Part shown: positions 63,560 through 64,000 of the stretch, piece by piece
How positions within the stretch are numbered: the stretch's first letter is position 1
Layout of the letters: every line of letters starts with the position of its first letter
Assembly: GCF_032062105.1 (NCBI RefSeq)
Contig: NW_026937346.1
Span: 124,001-188,000, forward strand
Source of the DNA: Saccostrea cucullata
Lineage: Eukaryota
DNA length: 64,000 nt
Reading direction: 5' to 3'
Made by a program: the position numbers and the translations under genes
Notes under the pieces: model-generated
Database searches by the model: none
Told to the model about the DNA's origin: nothing
What the model saw: only the letters and a program-made list of their open reading frames with translations

Positions 63560-64000
63560 ACTTGCGTTTCAATTAAACGAATTTAATGAAACAAATGGAT
63601 CTAAAGATTTCGATCTCATAAAAACTACAAGCAATACAATTCTGTAAACGGGACATAACGCCAACTCCTGGAAATACTAGATGTCAGATCAGATGATCCT
63701 GTTGATCAGTCGCAACCGTCATGAACCCTACGTTTGATCAAGTGAACGGAACAGTTTATAGTCAAATTAAGTGTACATTTAAAACAAATGCTTAACTTTT
63801 GTATGGAACAAGTCGAAATACAACCTAGAAATAGTTTTGTGTATTTTGCTGATAAGTTCATTATAACGACTTTAAAATTTACGAAATGCTAACTTGAAAA
63901 GAATTTGTTGAAATTCTTGTAACAGTAACTTATATATATGAATAGCTGCATTGGTTTATGAATTGATCGTATAAGGCTCTTGGGTAGAGAATAAGTTGGA
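63560..64000 (-). mobile_element. Decayed Penelope-like fragment in SDR intron
   Basis: GATCAG...CCTGTTGATCAGTCGCAACCGTCATGAACCC and TTACGAAATGCTAACTT homology to the 34780-35340 copy. Confidence 0.55.

Overview
AT-rich (~30% GC by eye), intron-containing eukaryotic DNA. The repeat landscape points to a bivalve, probably an oyster (inference). Four spliced genes can be built by hand with GT-AG junctions: (1) a complete 6-exon alpha-class-like glutathione S-transferase (+, 7757-10299, 218 aa); (2) a 5-exon RERG/RASL11-12-family small GTPase (+, 15909-23570, 217 aa); (3) a co-oriented 4-exon paralogue (+, 41259-48205, 239 aa); (4) the 3' part of an RDH11/12/13-type short-chain dehydrogenase (-, 61580-63219), which appears to lack a conserved exon. 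Both GTPases have degenerate nucleotide-binding motifs and no CAAX box. The rest is a nested transposon graveyard: about 14 Penelope-like RT remnants sharing a structured 3' motif, tRNA-derived SINEs, Helentron/HINE-type elements carrying 156-bp and 180-bp satellites, 9-bp-TSD inverted-repeat elements (one an 84-bp near-perfect palindrome), TA-flanked MITEs, microsatellites and a 150-N gap. The most striking unexplained signal is the palindrome TACATGTA. At least 30 exact copies were counted by eye against roughly 2-3 expected. Three within-window comparisons show it arising as a 6-bp insertion at a TA, as expected for Tc1/mariner-type excision footprints. Most ORFs in the supplied track are spurious.
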